Shown: piece after piece, positions 25,315-39,411 of the stretch | Layout: each line of letters begins with the position of its first letter | How positions within the stretch are numbered: position 1 is the first letter of the stretch | Assembly (NCBI GenBank): GCA_040954595.2 | Contig: CM082579.2 | Location: forward strand, 11,335,625 to 11,399,624 | DNA from: Balanoglossus misakiensis | Taxonomy: Eukaryota > Animalia > Hemichordata | Length of the DNA stretch: 64,000 nt | Direction of reading: 5' to 3' | Position numbers and translations under genes: made by a program | Notes under the pieces: model-generated | The model's input: only the letters and a program-made list of their open reading frames with translations | Database searches by the model: none | What the model was told of the DNA's origin: nothing

Positions 25315-28300
25315 CCCAATGTATACAAAACGTTCAAAAATTGCGCGAATTACCCGAGAACTATGACGACATCGAACGCATCACGCAAGAACTATGACAT
25401 CAGTTTTTAAACAATACGGCGGGCAGAAAAATAAAGAAAATGCAAAATTATAAAAAAAATTCCCAAACTACCTACCCTATTTTTTGGAACAGCACATATT
25501 ATTTTTTTGCCTAAGCTTAATAGGTATATGTGCCCACTCGCATATTCTACGTTTGCACTCTCATGTCCACTTCCACCCTCACAACGACGCACACTTCGGG
25601 CCTGTACATTCACACGTACTTTAATTGTGCGTGCTCGCTACTTGAGGCAGATGTGATGACGAGGATAGCTGGGTAGTCCCTGGCGGCAGTCATTGGAGCA
25701 ATCGATGGAAACATTTCAGTGATTTTGGTGATCACAATGTTGACACATAAAACTTGTGTTTTATAGCAATCATAGTCGTGTATCAGTGTTACTGCATGCA
25801 TAGTACAGACCATGGTGACGAAAGCAGGTATTCCGGGCCGTAGGCGTAAGACAAATCACAGCGCTTGAAAAACAGTCACCATAAGTTGCACGTGTTGCCC
25901 GCCCACAAATAATGCAACTGTCGGCGCACATAAAGTCCAGTCGATAAACGTTTACGTTATATAAACGCACTCTCTCAGCAAGAGCGAACGTCTGACACCC
26001 TCGTCGATGACAAAACGTAAACCGAGCTGAGTACACGACTCGTCCTGCAGTCAAACTTGGGGCCAAGCCCCACTCTGTATATTTTATTATTTTCCCCATA
26101 CGATGGTTCTAAATATAAATGTATTTATTTGAAATGCTTTCCACAGTGTGACCATTGAAAGTTTCTTAAACGTTGGAAACGAATGTGTATAACTGATATT
26201 TTTTTCACAAATAAATAATCACGTACGTGCACGTCACTTTCTTTCTTTACAATCCCTCTAACCGGCCACTGCGCGCAGCTTGCAAAAATATGGGAAAAGA
26301 AAACGCGCAAAGTATTGGGCATGCGCAGTCGATACTTCACGTTGTAAAGAAGATGGCGTCGCTGACCTTGCTTCTGGACCTCTGTCGCCCGACTGAGTCG
26401 ACCAAGATGAGACGAATCTTACTGTGCTACGCACTAAATAATCTCAAGAAAGTCTGTATTGGCAGCCATATCGGAAGATGGAATGATCTCCGCGATGAAA
26501 GCGGGCTATCCAACGATTTGGTAGACATGTTGATTGGTAAGTCGCTGAAGTAATTATTTGCCATTGCTTTGTTTACCAGGAACACGGTTTACCGTGCCAG
26601 GAACGATTTGCATATGGAGCCTATTTGACCTCATCAAAATTCAGAGAACTTTCCCAAGTACTTATGATGTTCGTTTTCACCTTTCTGTTCCGAAGATGCA
26701 AACGATGTCTCTGAGAAATAAAGGTGATTTGTACCCGCGATAATCATAGTTAGGAAAGCAACCCACAACATCAATGCCAGTTATTTACAAACATGTGACT
26801 GGTTAGGGACCATTCAGTTTTTACGGCCAGGGGGGGGGGGTGGGGGGTGGAGGCGGCAAAATCCAGAGGGGTGGGTCACTTAAATCAATGATGATGAACA
26901 CGCCACTGTCCACCCCATGCTTCGTTAACGAATTGAAGTGACACAAGCTTTTGTAGCCACCAATATCTTGACACTGTTTATATGAATGTTGAGGTGGCAT
27001 ATTTGCTCTCTCATGATGTAGTGTACCAAATTGCATTAAAGCTGTAATATAGATGTGCAATTTATTCATTTGGTTTACTAGGAAAATGAGGTATATTTAT
27101 GCATATGTATGAGATTATTTATTTGTCTATTCTAATTAATTTATTTTGAACGATTTTTTTATGTTCAGGTCATGATATGGATTTGCGTGGAATCACATAG
27201 ACATTAATTAAAGACAGTTATATCGCAGAAGTCAAGTCTACACTTGAATCCGGAGATGGCCTGGAAACCAGGTTTGTATGGAGTTTCAGTGAGTATTATT
27301 TATGCTGAACAAAGTTTTGCGATGTAATTTGTGAGTCATTATAAGTAATTAATGACAAAATTTTACACGGTTACTCTGAGGTAACCATTTAGGTTTCGTG
27401 TCTAAGTTTGTTTAAGAATCCATAAAACAAGAATTCCACCCAATAATTTCCTTAGAATTTCACAACTGTGAGTTTGCAGTTATGCAAAAAAGTGTGTATT
27501 ATACACATAAGAGGTTTTTCATATGCATTTTTTTGATGGCTATGCATTTAACTGTAAACAAATATTGACATCACATAGTAGCGCTATTTTGTCAGTGAAA
27601 TGGCTTCATCATTTTCCCTCTAACCAAAGTTTAAACAGAGTTAATATACACAGCTTGAAATTGTAAAATGTTGCACAATTGAACCAACAGTTCAGTCAAC
27701 GATCACGTTATTACAGCTATTATTAGAACCTGACCATCTCGGTGAACAAGAGACATAGGCCTGATTTGCAAGCCGAGTTGGAACTGACTTTGTCTGCCCA
27801 CATACACGTCAATTTCAATGAATTGTATTGTATTAATATGTGAATATGAAGAACTGTTCTCTGTGTTCTGTGTGTTAGCCTACAGAGCTCTAGTGAGTCT
27901 AGTTTCTTCCGTGTCCTGTGAATGGGGATTCAGTTACCAAAAACTGGCACTAATCTTACAGCGCATATGACTAATCGACTGAGTCTGTTGCATTAATCTG
28001 ATGGCTCTTACTGGCTGTAGGACCACCAGTTGCAGACTTCTGTTTCCTCCACACTTTTCATGTAAAGAGAAATCACATTAAATTCTACTGTATTTTCTTT
28101 ATTGATGGTTCAGAAGTTTCATGACTGTTTATGTTAATAACAGTACCTAAATTCCCAAATTTATATAAGCATGCTGTCATTTTAAATGCGATTAATATCA
28201 ATATCACATTTTCAAAATTTGCTTCTCTGAATGATTATGAATACATCAAACTTCATATTAAATAAACTGTCCTGATATCGTAAACATTAAGGGCTAATAC

Positions 28301-28326
28301 TCATGTTACAACATTGATTTGCTGCA

Positions 28327-28495
28327 TTTTAGGTCCCATTGGTATGTACCAGGGTACCTTATGGGATCGGTTGCATCTGTCTGTCTGTCTGTCTGTCTCT
28401 CTGTCTGTCTGTCTGTCTGTCTGTCTGTATGTATGTATGTATGTATGTATGTATGTATGTATGTATGTATGTATGTATGTATGTATACATGTATG

Positions 28496-28524
<29 letters not shown>
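28327..28524 (+). mobile_element. 5' end of HINE with (TCTG)n(TATG)n microsatellite
   Basis: tttaggtcccattggtatgtacc...ttatgggatcggttgcatctgtctg; same family as 15159-16686 and 37067-37440. Confidence 0.8.
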
Positions 28525-28527
<3 letters not shown>

Positions 28528-29394
28528 GAAGGGTAGTAGGAGAAACGAAAGGCGGTAAAATCTCTACAACGCTGTTTCGTGGGGGTTGATACCTGCAGCA
28601 ATAAGAGAATTCTTACTCTTCCACAACCTAAGGTAAAATTTTGAGCATAGAGTACGCTGCTTACAAACAAATGTTAAACTATTGTTATGTACAAGGTATT
28701 AGAAATAATAATCCTTCTGTCGATACCTAACATTATCCTATAACCATTGTTATATGCTACTGGGACATCATTTATGCAATAATTATTAAAAGTACTCCAA
28801 AGGTGGGAGCAATACATAGATGAACAAAAAACTTGAAATAAACGAATTTTGACTTTATAAGTACAATTCCAAAAATTACATAATAACGAGTTGGCTCTGG
28901 CATAAAAAAGCCTCATTTGACGTTTTATATCATTGGTATTAAAAATAACCCCCAGGTAAGAGTGTTTGTTCACAATCAACAGCTTCTCCCCATACAAATA
29001 CACATGTGGGATCTTCAAATTAGTAAACTTTTTAGGAAGAATACAAAGACATTTAGATTTAATTGCATTAAATACAATATCGTGATTATTTGCATAATGA
29101 GTTACACGTTTAAGAGATTATTAATTCCTTTCGCACTAGGACATTATTAATACTACATCGTCTGCATATAGCAGATGATTCATACTTTTACCACCAAGGT
29201 GACACAATTTTTGTACAAGTAAGTCACTAAGCTTGTCTATATAAAATGAAAAAAGACGCGGGGAAAGTATGCTCCCCAGTCTTACACCATTACGAGTATT
29301 AAAACTCTCAGATAGAACTGTACCCCATCTAACAACAAACTCTTGATGTATATACCAATACACTAAGATACAAATTTTAAATGATATATATACT
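28525..29394 (-). mobile_element. Degraded non-LTR retrotransposon reverse transcriptase fragment (RTE-X-like)
   Basis: VRWG..LS..F...NGVRLGSILSPRLF..YID.LS, HLLYADD, YLGV, and LFQVFCSSMYCSHLW across frameshifted ORFs 29136..29417 and 28674..29018; clade assignment tentative. Confidence 0.88.
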
Positions 29395-29983
29395 TTTTGC
29401 TCATGCTTTCTTACCAATCAGTTGCCTATGTATGTATGAACGGATGGATGTATTGTATGTCCACCCACATCAAAAACTTTAAAACCACTTTGCATATCGC
29501 TGTGATACATGTAGTTGGTGTAAAGATGTAGGTCGGCCTGTAGATGAGATTTTGTTCAAGCCAAAAATATGCAAATACGCTTGTTCCAAGAGGTAACCCA
29601 AGTAATGTTACCCGGTACATATATATCATTTAGGTGAAATTTTCATATTTGTGGTCTGAGGCAATTTTTGGAATAGTATTCTTTGAACCTGCTCGTCAGA
29701 TTGCTTTCAACTTTGGTAGGCATTTCCTTGTTGTGATCGAAGTAAGATATTGTACAATTTGTTGATGTTTGCATATTAGTGGTTTGAGGCAGTTTTAGTA
29801 ATTGTTGAACAAATATTGTTTTCTGTGAAAATACTTTCTCTGATGATTCCTTTGAAATTTTATTATCCTAGGTCATATCTGCTTGCTAATGTCACATGTG
29901 ATTTTCTGCCCTTGTACACAACTAATTTTGTGTAATCCCCAGATGGGTACATAGTGTGTAATAACCTAACAAATATTTACTAG

Positions 29984-30535
29984 TGTTACAGGAGGTTGAC
30001 TTACGTACTTACCTGCATATGTTGAGGGCGCTATACACCTATATATATATATATATGCATTCACTTCCATAATACGTCATTCAATTCTGACTCCATGTTC
30101 GTTTACTTTGTTACCTGTATGTGTAGGTGAGTTTACCTTTTGCAATCCACTTGAGATAGTGATTAATATTAGCGATCAGAACATTTGGGTACCTGGCATT
30201 GCTTTAGTTGATATTCATAGTTGTAGTTGGGGAATTTAGTTTATTTTTGTTTAGTAATTTATATTTGTTTTTGGCATTTGAAAAAATGTGGTGATGTCAG
30301 CGTACCTGTCTACTGTGTACTTCATGACCAATTCAACTTTATCCATGTAAGATTCAGTTCTGACTCTATGTTCATTTACTTTGTTACCTGTATGTGTAGG
30401 CCTACATCTGTACTATGTTTAGTGTAATATGAATTAGGACGGCCAAAATAAAGGATGAACCAGACGAACTGACAACTACAATTTTGCCTGAGCCCGGTGT
30501 ATTTATGTGCTTACCCTATACTGGCAAGCTCCACA
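29984..30535. mobile_element. Solo LTR (552 bp)
   Basis: TGT...ACA termini, 4-bp TSD CTAG at 29980-29983 and 30536-30539, (TA)n and AATAAA inside; empty site in left arm at ~13083. Confidence 0.8.
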
Positions 30536-33500
30536 CTAGTAAATCCAGTGTGTTAATTATACTTCTCACAAGGTTGAAGTATGTTGATGATTGGGTTTAT
30601 TGGGATTCTTCAGAAACTTACAATACAGAGTATGTGATACAGTCCATGGTCACATTTGGAACAACCAAGTCTATATCTAGCAATGTTTCAGCCCGCTTTG
30701 CTTCCAAAACTGATGTCTAGCATCATGCATGCCACAAGCCCTATAGACTGATACCCCTTGCTGGGAATTGTGAATCACATAAACTGAACAGTGTTAATTT
30801 TGTGTAAGATCATAGTGAAGGCAGGGCTACCCAACCGTAATTACACAAATGTAAATCCTTTGTCCAATCATGGGAAAAACAATGTACCATGCACTTACAT
30901 AGCACTTTGATGGTGAATCACAAGTGGCCACTTTCATTACTGTACCTAAAGCAGTCTATTAGCTGTAATAAGACAAACATCCCTGGTGTAATTAACATCA
31001 CTGTTGTTGTTAATATCTATCACCAATCAGTATAAATTCTGCCTTTATGTTATTTTAAGTCAATTGTCAAGGTTCATGTACATGTCTTACAACTTGCATG
31101 TAACTGTCTTGTCAAAAACTTCTGTATGTACATAATTCTAGGCTTACCAGTAGGGTTAGAGATAGTGTTTTATTGTACATGCATTAATACGGAACTTAAA
31201 TTTCATGGTTAATTTTGGACTCCCTTGATCTATGGTGACCTCATTAAATATGTGCACATCTTATTCTGGGCTATCCAGTGGAGGTAGAAACCTGGACATA
31301 GACAACTTTGGAGTCAAAATTTTTTTGACGAAATTTTAGGTGACCTTGGGTAAACTTTGACCTACATTCCTACATCTTTGCACCCGGAGCAGATACATTC
31401 TTGACGCTTGGAGTGATGGATCTATGTAATGGAGTATTATGTCTAGCCTCATTTATTATTTGCATACCTAATTCCAGGCTAACCAATAGGGCAAGAAGAC
31501 TGGTTTTTGTTGGACATGAAAACTTTGAGATCAACTTTTCACTTAAAAAGAAAATATAAAGGCTTTAATGGTAGGCTGAACTGTTGACTTCCCTTCCCTG
31601 AGACTGTGTGCCAATGACGGGATAGCCTACTCAGCGTTGGGTAGATCCTAAGAAGGCCTCAGCCAGGCATCAAATAAAAAGAAAGCGGAAATATAAAAGC
31701 TTGAATGGAGGGTTACATCGTTAACTTCCCTGCAGAGCTGATTTCTGAGACTGTGAGCCAATGACGGGTAAAGCCTCTAGGTAGGGGCCACCTAAGACAG
31801 GCCAGTCATGCTTTAATTACAAAGAAGGGCAAGTTCAGTCATTGCACAACTTGATCTGCTGTTAAGGCACTGTGACCAGCTGAAAGTACTGCCAAAGACA
31901 GCCAATGTGCTGCGAAAAACATCTTATTTGGCTGAATAAAGGCATAAATACACAGCAAGAGAACTGTGACTAGCTGAGACATAATACTCCTTTATGTAGT
32001 TCCATCACTCAAAGTGTGAAGGATATATCTGTCTTGGATGCCAAGATATAGGAATGTGGGTCAAAGTCTACCCAAGGTCACCAAAAATAATGTCAAAAAA
32101 TTTTGACCCCTAAGTTGTCCATGTCCACGTTTCTATCTCCATTTGATAGCCCAGAATAAGATATGCACATATTTGATGAGGTCACCATAGATCAAGGGAG
32201 TCCTAAATTAACCATCAAATTTTAGTTTCATGTTAATGCATGTTAATATAAAAAACTTTATCTCTAACCCTACTGTTAAGCCATTAGATGTTTCCTGCTA
32301 TCCAATATGGGATAGTAGATAAAAAAAGTCATCCCAAGGTCATTTGAAATTTCGCGTAAGAAAAAGCTGGTCCCTGACATTTGGTAAAGGGGTCATGAAA
32401 CTTTGCAACAAATGTATGTACCAGAGTAAAACTTATTCATAAAAATACTTTCAGGGAATAAAATCCCAAGTTTTTCACAGCTTTGTTGCCTCAAATGGTA
32501 GAGGTTCCTTTGTTATTTCAACATTATATCCTTTAATAGACTCAAACTTAGCTAGGCTGCTAGTTAAATCCCCAAGAGTTGCCACGTTTTCATTATTTTC
32601 TTGATTTTACTTTCCATCTTAGATTTGTCCATCAAAATAAGCTAACTGATAGGTATACATGAACATCTTATTGAGGGTCGAATGTGGCTGTATGTTGCAA
32701 TTGAAAGAAGTCAGCTATTAAATGGGTGCTGCACCTGTTTAATGGGCCTCCATACAAAGGGTACACAACTATTGTGGTATGCATTGCCAAGAGATGACAA
32801 ACCCATCCAAATACAAGTTATATGGCTTAATGGTGGCTGTTTTAAAGGATAGGGAAAAGATTTGAAAAATGTTATTGTGGAAAAAGATGTGTAAAAATTG
32901 GCAGCTTGTGAGGCTATAATTGTAAATTTTTTGAAATGTGTTCTTTATCTTTGGGTCCAATTTCATATATTTCTATATACCATTGGGACCAATGTGAAAT
33001 TGTAGAAAACTCAGAACTCAAAAAAGTGCTGGTCAGATTGCTTTGGAAATTGGTGTGTACATTGTCTTTATTTTAATGAGACCTTATACATATTTTTTTT
33101 CAAATTCTGAACTATATTTTGGGGCGATTTTGGCCGTTTTGGTCAAATACTCAGAAACCTCTACCCACATTTCTTTGAAATCTGGTTTGCAGGTTCCAAT
33201 GTGTGTTTTCAAGACAGACAATTTAACAAACCCTATGATGGTCAACCCTCTACTGAGAATTGTATACACGTTGACCTCTCAATGTTTGTGTACATGTCTT
33301 TATGTATGTTTTAAAAATTTAGGCGCCTAATAGAAGAGCAATGTTTTTTGTTTTAGTTAGAATTCTAAATGGATTATTTCCTATGAAATCTTAATTACGT
33401 AATCATCTCTGAAAATTTGTCTCATGCTGTGTATGAAAAACCAAATATATGTCATTGTCAAGATCCCCAAAACAGGCTGATATAGTATCACCTAACAATT

Positions 33501-36500
33501 GATAAAAGTATCCTAAACAGTGTGGCTGTTACTGAAAAACACAAAATGTGAGTGATATACTCTTTCCACATTGATAGTACTGTTTTAAAGCCCCATGAGC
33601 TTAAGGGATATTTTATGACTTTTATGTAGATAACGGTGGTTTTATGTTACTTAAATAAACGTGATGTACTGCACATTTTAATGTAAGCAATCATATGCAA
33701 ATGTGGCAGCCATGGCCATGTATGATTTCAAGAAATGAACACATGTGCTTTAGTTTACTATCCTCATGCCCTGTATCCTCACACCTTTGTAGCACTTGGT
33801 AACACTGAAAAATGCCAAGTGGGCAAGCAGTTTCACACCTTTGTAACAACTGTAACACTGTTGCAACACACTTGCTAACACCATGCTGACCCATTATAAA
33901 CACCTTGTCAGCAAATTGTTAGCAAATCGGAAAGCTGTTCATATCTACCAATTAATATATTTCTCTTGGGTATAGCACCTTTTTTTGTCTCAAACAAGCA
34001 ACCCTCCAAATGTTTGCAATATTTCAGGTAAACACATATAATTTTGAATCATGTATATTGATGTATTCATAATCATTAAGAGAAGCAAATTTTGAAAATA
34101 CAATATTGATCACAATCACACATACACTGAAAGCATGCATATTTGCAATACATTTACTAATGCTATCAGTCCTAATACTTTCGAATCATCAATAAAGAAC
34201 ATATAGAAAAATTCAACAGTATTTATATTTTCACGCTAAATGGAAGTTTTCCTTGTGCCATCATCCATAGAAATGAAAATCTGCAACTGGTGGTCCTGCC
34301 GGTAAGAAGAATCAGAAAAATGTTGCATGGTCATCGCCCAGACAATTTAGATTTAATTTTCGCAACTGAAACCCTGTTCACAGGGGCAGAAAAAACTAGA
34401 ATGACAACAGCTATGTAGGCTAACAATCAGAACACAGAGAACAGTTCTTCATGTTCACATATTGATATAATAAAATTCACTGAAATTGGCATGTCTGTGG
34501 GCAGGCAAAGTCGGTTCCAACTCGGCTTGCAAATCAGGCCGATGTTTCTTGTTTACCAGGACTGTCAGGTTCTAATAATAGCTGTAAGAACTTGGTCATT
34601 GTCTGAACTTTTGGTTCAATTTTGCAACATTTTATGATTTCAAGCTGTGCATATTTAACTCTGTTTCAACTATGGTTGGAGGGATAATGATGAAGCCATT
34701 TCACTGACAAAATAGCGCTAGTAAGTGATGTCATTATTTGTTTACAGTTACATACATTGCCATCAGAAAAATGCATGTGAAAAATCTCTTATGTGTATGA
34801 TACACGCTTTTTTGCATAACTGCAAACTCACAGTTGTGAAATTCTAAGAAAATTCATTCATTGAGTAGATTTCATGTTTTAAGGATTCTTAAACAAACGT
34901 AGTCACAAAATGTGAATGAGAAACTGTAAAATTTGGTCATCAATTGCTTTAAATCACACAGGACATTCTCAGAGCTAAGTTACTCCAGCAGTCAGTTTCA
35001 ACTCAGCTTGCAAATTGGGATCAAGTCTTGTGTTCGTTGAGACTCTCTGAAGTCGAGTTTGCAGTCCTGTGTGCTCAATGGTGAACCTAGAAAATGATGT
35101 GTAATATCTTATTTTCAAGATTTGCATTCATATTGATACCTTAAACAAAACAAGTCTTGTGCAAATATTGCAGCGTTAGGCAACTTTTCTAATTTGCATA
35201 ATCATAAATGGCCGGCAAATGCCGCTAAAATGTTTCCCAAAATGATGTGAATTTTCAGGATTTGCATTCATATAGGTACCTTAAATAATACAACTATTGC
35301 AAATATGGCAGTGTTGGACAAGTCTAATTTGCATAATCTAACATGGCTGTCGCACACCTTTTCGAAAATCAAATTGTGCACTGTTTGTGCCAAAATGGTG
35401 GAAAATCTGTCATTTTCAAGATTGTGTTGTTATGGGTGCCAAAGCAATGAAACTGCATTGCAAATATGCCATTTTTGTTCAACTCTCCCAATTTGCATAA
35501 TCCAAAATGGCCACCAAACCCCTAAAAATGTAAATTTCCCTTTTTTGTCTTCAAGGGTGTGAAATAATGCATTTTCAGATTTTTCACTAATATGGGTACA
35601 TAAAACAATTTCAACATGGTTGACATGGCAATATTAGACAACTGTTATTTGCATAATTCAAAATGACCACTAAACACCTTCTGGATAATTTACCTTTTGC
35701 CCTTTTTGTCTCATGATTATGTGTAATATCTCATTTTTAATTTGTTTATATTTGCAGAATCCATTTCTAGTGTTAATTACAGGCAATTAAGTGTACAAAT
35801 TGTCGAGCCAATCTTAATTCTTAAGCAGCACCAAAAAACTGATGCAAGGTTCAGGACTGGAAGTGTATTTGGGAGCAGCACATAGGACAGGGCCTACAGG
35901 CATCTTTAGTGGCAAGTGCTATGTTGAAGCCAAAAAGTATTCAGGGGGAGGGTACTTCAAAATCTTTCTGATGGTAGTCTGCTGTCCCAGTTGAAAACAT
36001 CAACCTGAGTAAATGCCACAAACCAGACCCCATTGTATTACCAGTCAAATTTTCTGGTCATTTACCATTTTTCTCTTAAGCTTGCATATTAAGGACTAGG
36101 TTCTTCTTAAAGAGTTGAGTGGCATATAACCATATACCTCTGCACCCCCCCCCCCCCCGACACTAGGTGGCCAATGTCACTCTCCCTATACATATACGTC
36201 TTTATACATCTAAACGTTCAGAAAGAGAAGGCAACAAATTCTTATGAAGGTGCTGACTATGGAAAATATGATGAAGTATATTTTTTCCTAGCTGTATACA
36301 TGTACAGTATGTTTGGCCCAATGTACCAGATGGAGATGTGTGCCTTACAAGCAACATAGGCTACAAGCCAAGCCCTGTCTGTCAGCACTATAAAGGATAT
36401 TGGAAGAATGTCTGTGCTCTTTCATGCTAAGCACTGTAACTTTTTGAATTATTTCCATGATTTAATTTTCAAACTTCGATTGGTCCATCCAAATGGGTGT

Positions 36501-37066
36501 AGCACTAATAGTTACACATGAAACGTCATTGATGCATGATGGTAGTTGTCTGTTGCAATAAGAAGTGATATATAAAGGCTTGTCACACCTCCATATAAGG
36601 TCAAGTAATATGGCTTAATGGTGGTGATTCTAAAGGTTGCGGGGAGAAATATGAGAAATATGGGAGCTCATGGGGCTTTAAGGAGATATAACTCATAAAT
36701 CTGGGACAAGAAGTGCAAAGGTCTAATTTTCCACGAGTTCAGCCATTTTGACTAATTTAAATTAGAAGAGTTGCCCCAAATTGCCATGGAAAGTTAAAAC
36801 TGTTTTCGGTGGCCACGTGAATGCAAATCCTGAAAATGAGATATTACACATCAAATAGAAGACGATAAAACATGACAAAGTAAAAAAAATATTCAAGTGA
36901 TTTGCAGCCATTTTGGATTATGGAATTTAGGATAGTTGAACAACAATGCTATATTTGTAATACAGTTGTGTTGGGTGCCCATATGAACGCAATTTTGAAA
37001 AGATAATTCTCCATTTGGGCATAAACAGTGTACAATTTGATTTTAGAGAAGGTGTTTGGTGCCCAT

Positions 37067-37440
37067 TTTTGGGTCCCATTGGTATGTACCATGGGACCTT
37101 ATGGGATCGGTTTCGTCTGTATGTATGTATGTATGTATGTATGTATGTATGTATGTATGTATGTATGTATGTATGTATGTATGGATGGATGGATGGATGG
37201 ATGGATGTCTGTATGTCCGTCGACATCAAAAACTTGAAAACACCTTTAAATTTGGTGTGCAGATGCAGGCTGGGCTGTAGATGGGAGTTTGTTCAAATGA
37301 AGTTGTCATTGCCCAAAATATGCAAATTAGCTGGAAAATGTGAATTTGGTCAAAACTCGGTAACCCAAGATCTACTCGTCAGATTGCTTTGCAAAGTGAT
37401 GTGTATTTACTTTATTGTTTTCTTTGTGATTAGGTCCAGG
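37067..37440 (+). mobile_element. Truncated HINE with (TATG)n(TGGA)n microsatellite
   Basis: Reverse-complement homologue of 16370-16686. Confidence 0.8.
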
Positions 37441-39411
37441 AACCCCCCCCCCCCCATGATGTATCAACACAGCAAATTCCTGCATGATTACATAACTTTT
37501 AAAGAGACCAGCTGTTCTATTTAGTGTATGTACAGTACCTATGCCATTGGCAGCATAGGGTTCAGTCAGTGTATGCCCATTGATCTCTCTCTATGTGTGT
37601 GTGTGTGTCTGTCTGTCTGTATATGGCCATGTACTCCGGTGTAGACTTTTTCTTGTGTAATCCCTCAATGGGATCACCGTGTCCTTGACGCAATTTTTGA
37701 AATGCAAATTAGAAAAAATGTCCAAAACTACCATATTTGCAATACAGTTCTATTGTTGATGGTTTCAACATGAATGAAAATCCTGAAAATTAGATATTAC
37801 ACATCCATGACATCATTTTGAGCAAAATAGGTCAAAATTTAATTTGAGAGGAGGTATTCGGCAGCCATTTTTCATTATGCAAATTAGAAGAAGTCCTCAA
37901 CATTGCCATTTTGGCAACTCAGCTTGAATAGTTTTAGGTTTCCATATGAATGCAAATCTTGGATGGAAAATTTCGACTCGACTACATATTCTAATAATCA
38001 GTGTAAGGATGTGATTGTTGCCTGGACCATTCGTTTGATTTTGCAACATTTCAAGCTGTGTGTATTTAACTCTGTTGCAATTCTGGTTGGAATGACAAAT
38101 GGCTTAAGCCATTTAGCTGACAACATAGTACTACACTACTACACACGTGATTGTGCAGTACCTTTGACAACACTTGGATCAATGTTGCGGAAAGCTCCAC
38201 TAAAAGTTAGGACCTCACTTCCTCACTTAGGTATCAAGGGATTAATCATATTCAAGTATTTAAAGGGATTAAACAGGAATGCATGCAACAAACAGATTTG
38301 TAAATTGCATCAGTTACCAAGCACAAGGAAGTGTGAAATAACAACACAATAACAAAAATTTGACAGAACCTGATGAAGACATACAGACTGTGAAATGAAT
38401 ACCACCTCCACTCTCAAAATCCAACCAATTATTTATTTATTTCCTTTTGAATGGATTTTCTTAGTGGGCTCAAACACAAGTTTGACAGGGATAAAATATG
38501 TACAAACTTTGTCATCTTTCACAAAACTTGTTGACGACCCAGACTGAATCCATGATCCATTATTTAAACAACTTAGGCTACATGTATTTTCACAAAGTTG
38601 CCTCTGTTGAATGAGTTCTATTCAGAAATTCAATAGTATTCCATGACCTCATCAGGATTACAACATAAAACGTTGTTAACTTGTCCCCAGCCTATCTCAA
38701 AGTCAAAGCGTGTGCGGGGGAAGTGTTAATAAAGACAATTCTCAAACCCATCTGAGAGTGACTGGCCAATGATTTAAACACTACCCTGGTATGTACCTAC
38801 TATATTGTGTACATGGTTAAGAATTTATTTGTAGCTGTACATCAGCCAGGCGACATTCATCGCATGACCGTGAGTTCCCAAGTTGATGTTGAAACTCCTG
38901 ACGTCACACTGACCAGTTTACCTTTTTAAACGCTTTGACAGTCATCTTGGTCCAAGCGTGATGGCAAACCTTGCCTTGAGCTTTGGCAAATCTTTATTGA
39001 AGAAAGCATAGCCAAACCTATATCACAACCCTTCACACAAGCTTACTTGTAGGACAACCAAGCTTTGTCCAGGGTACTTCATAATCATGTGTGTAATACA
39101 ATGTAGATGCCAATATTTGTGTACAGTCAAACAGCATTGCCATCAGATAAATGCACCCAAAAATGTCTAATGCTATAATACACACATTTTTGCGTAACCG
39201 CAAACACTGCATATGTGAAAAACTGGGTCGAAGGTCACGTGGAAATTGCCCAAAATTTCCAATGAATTGTCATGTATAAAAGAAATTTCAAGGCGTTGTT
39301 TAGACTAAAATGCAAATATCAATAAGTAAGGAGTTTAAACTACACAACAGCATAGCAACCATATTTGATGACATTTGAAAATGTCTTTTTTTAATTATGC
39401 CCAGACACCCA

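Noticed and set aside
28314-28670. ORFs with YVCM/TYIH repeats (also 16399-16662, 36927-37524) and poly-Asp ORF 24563-24802
   Set aside because: Translations of microsatellites
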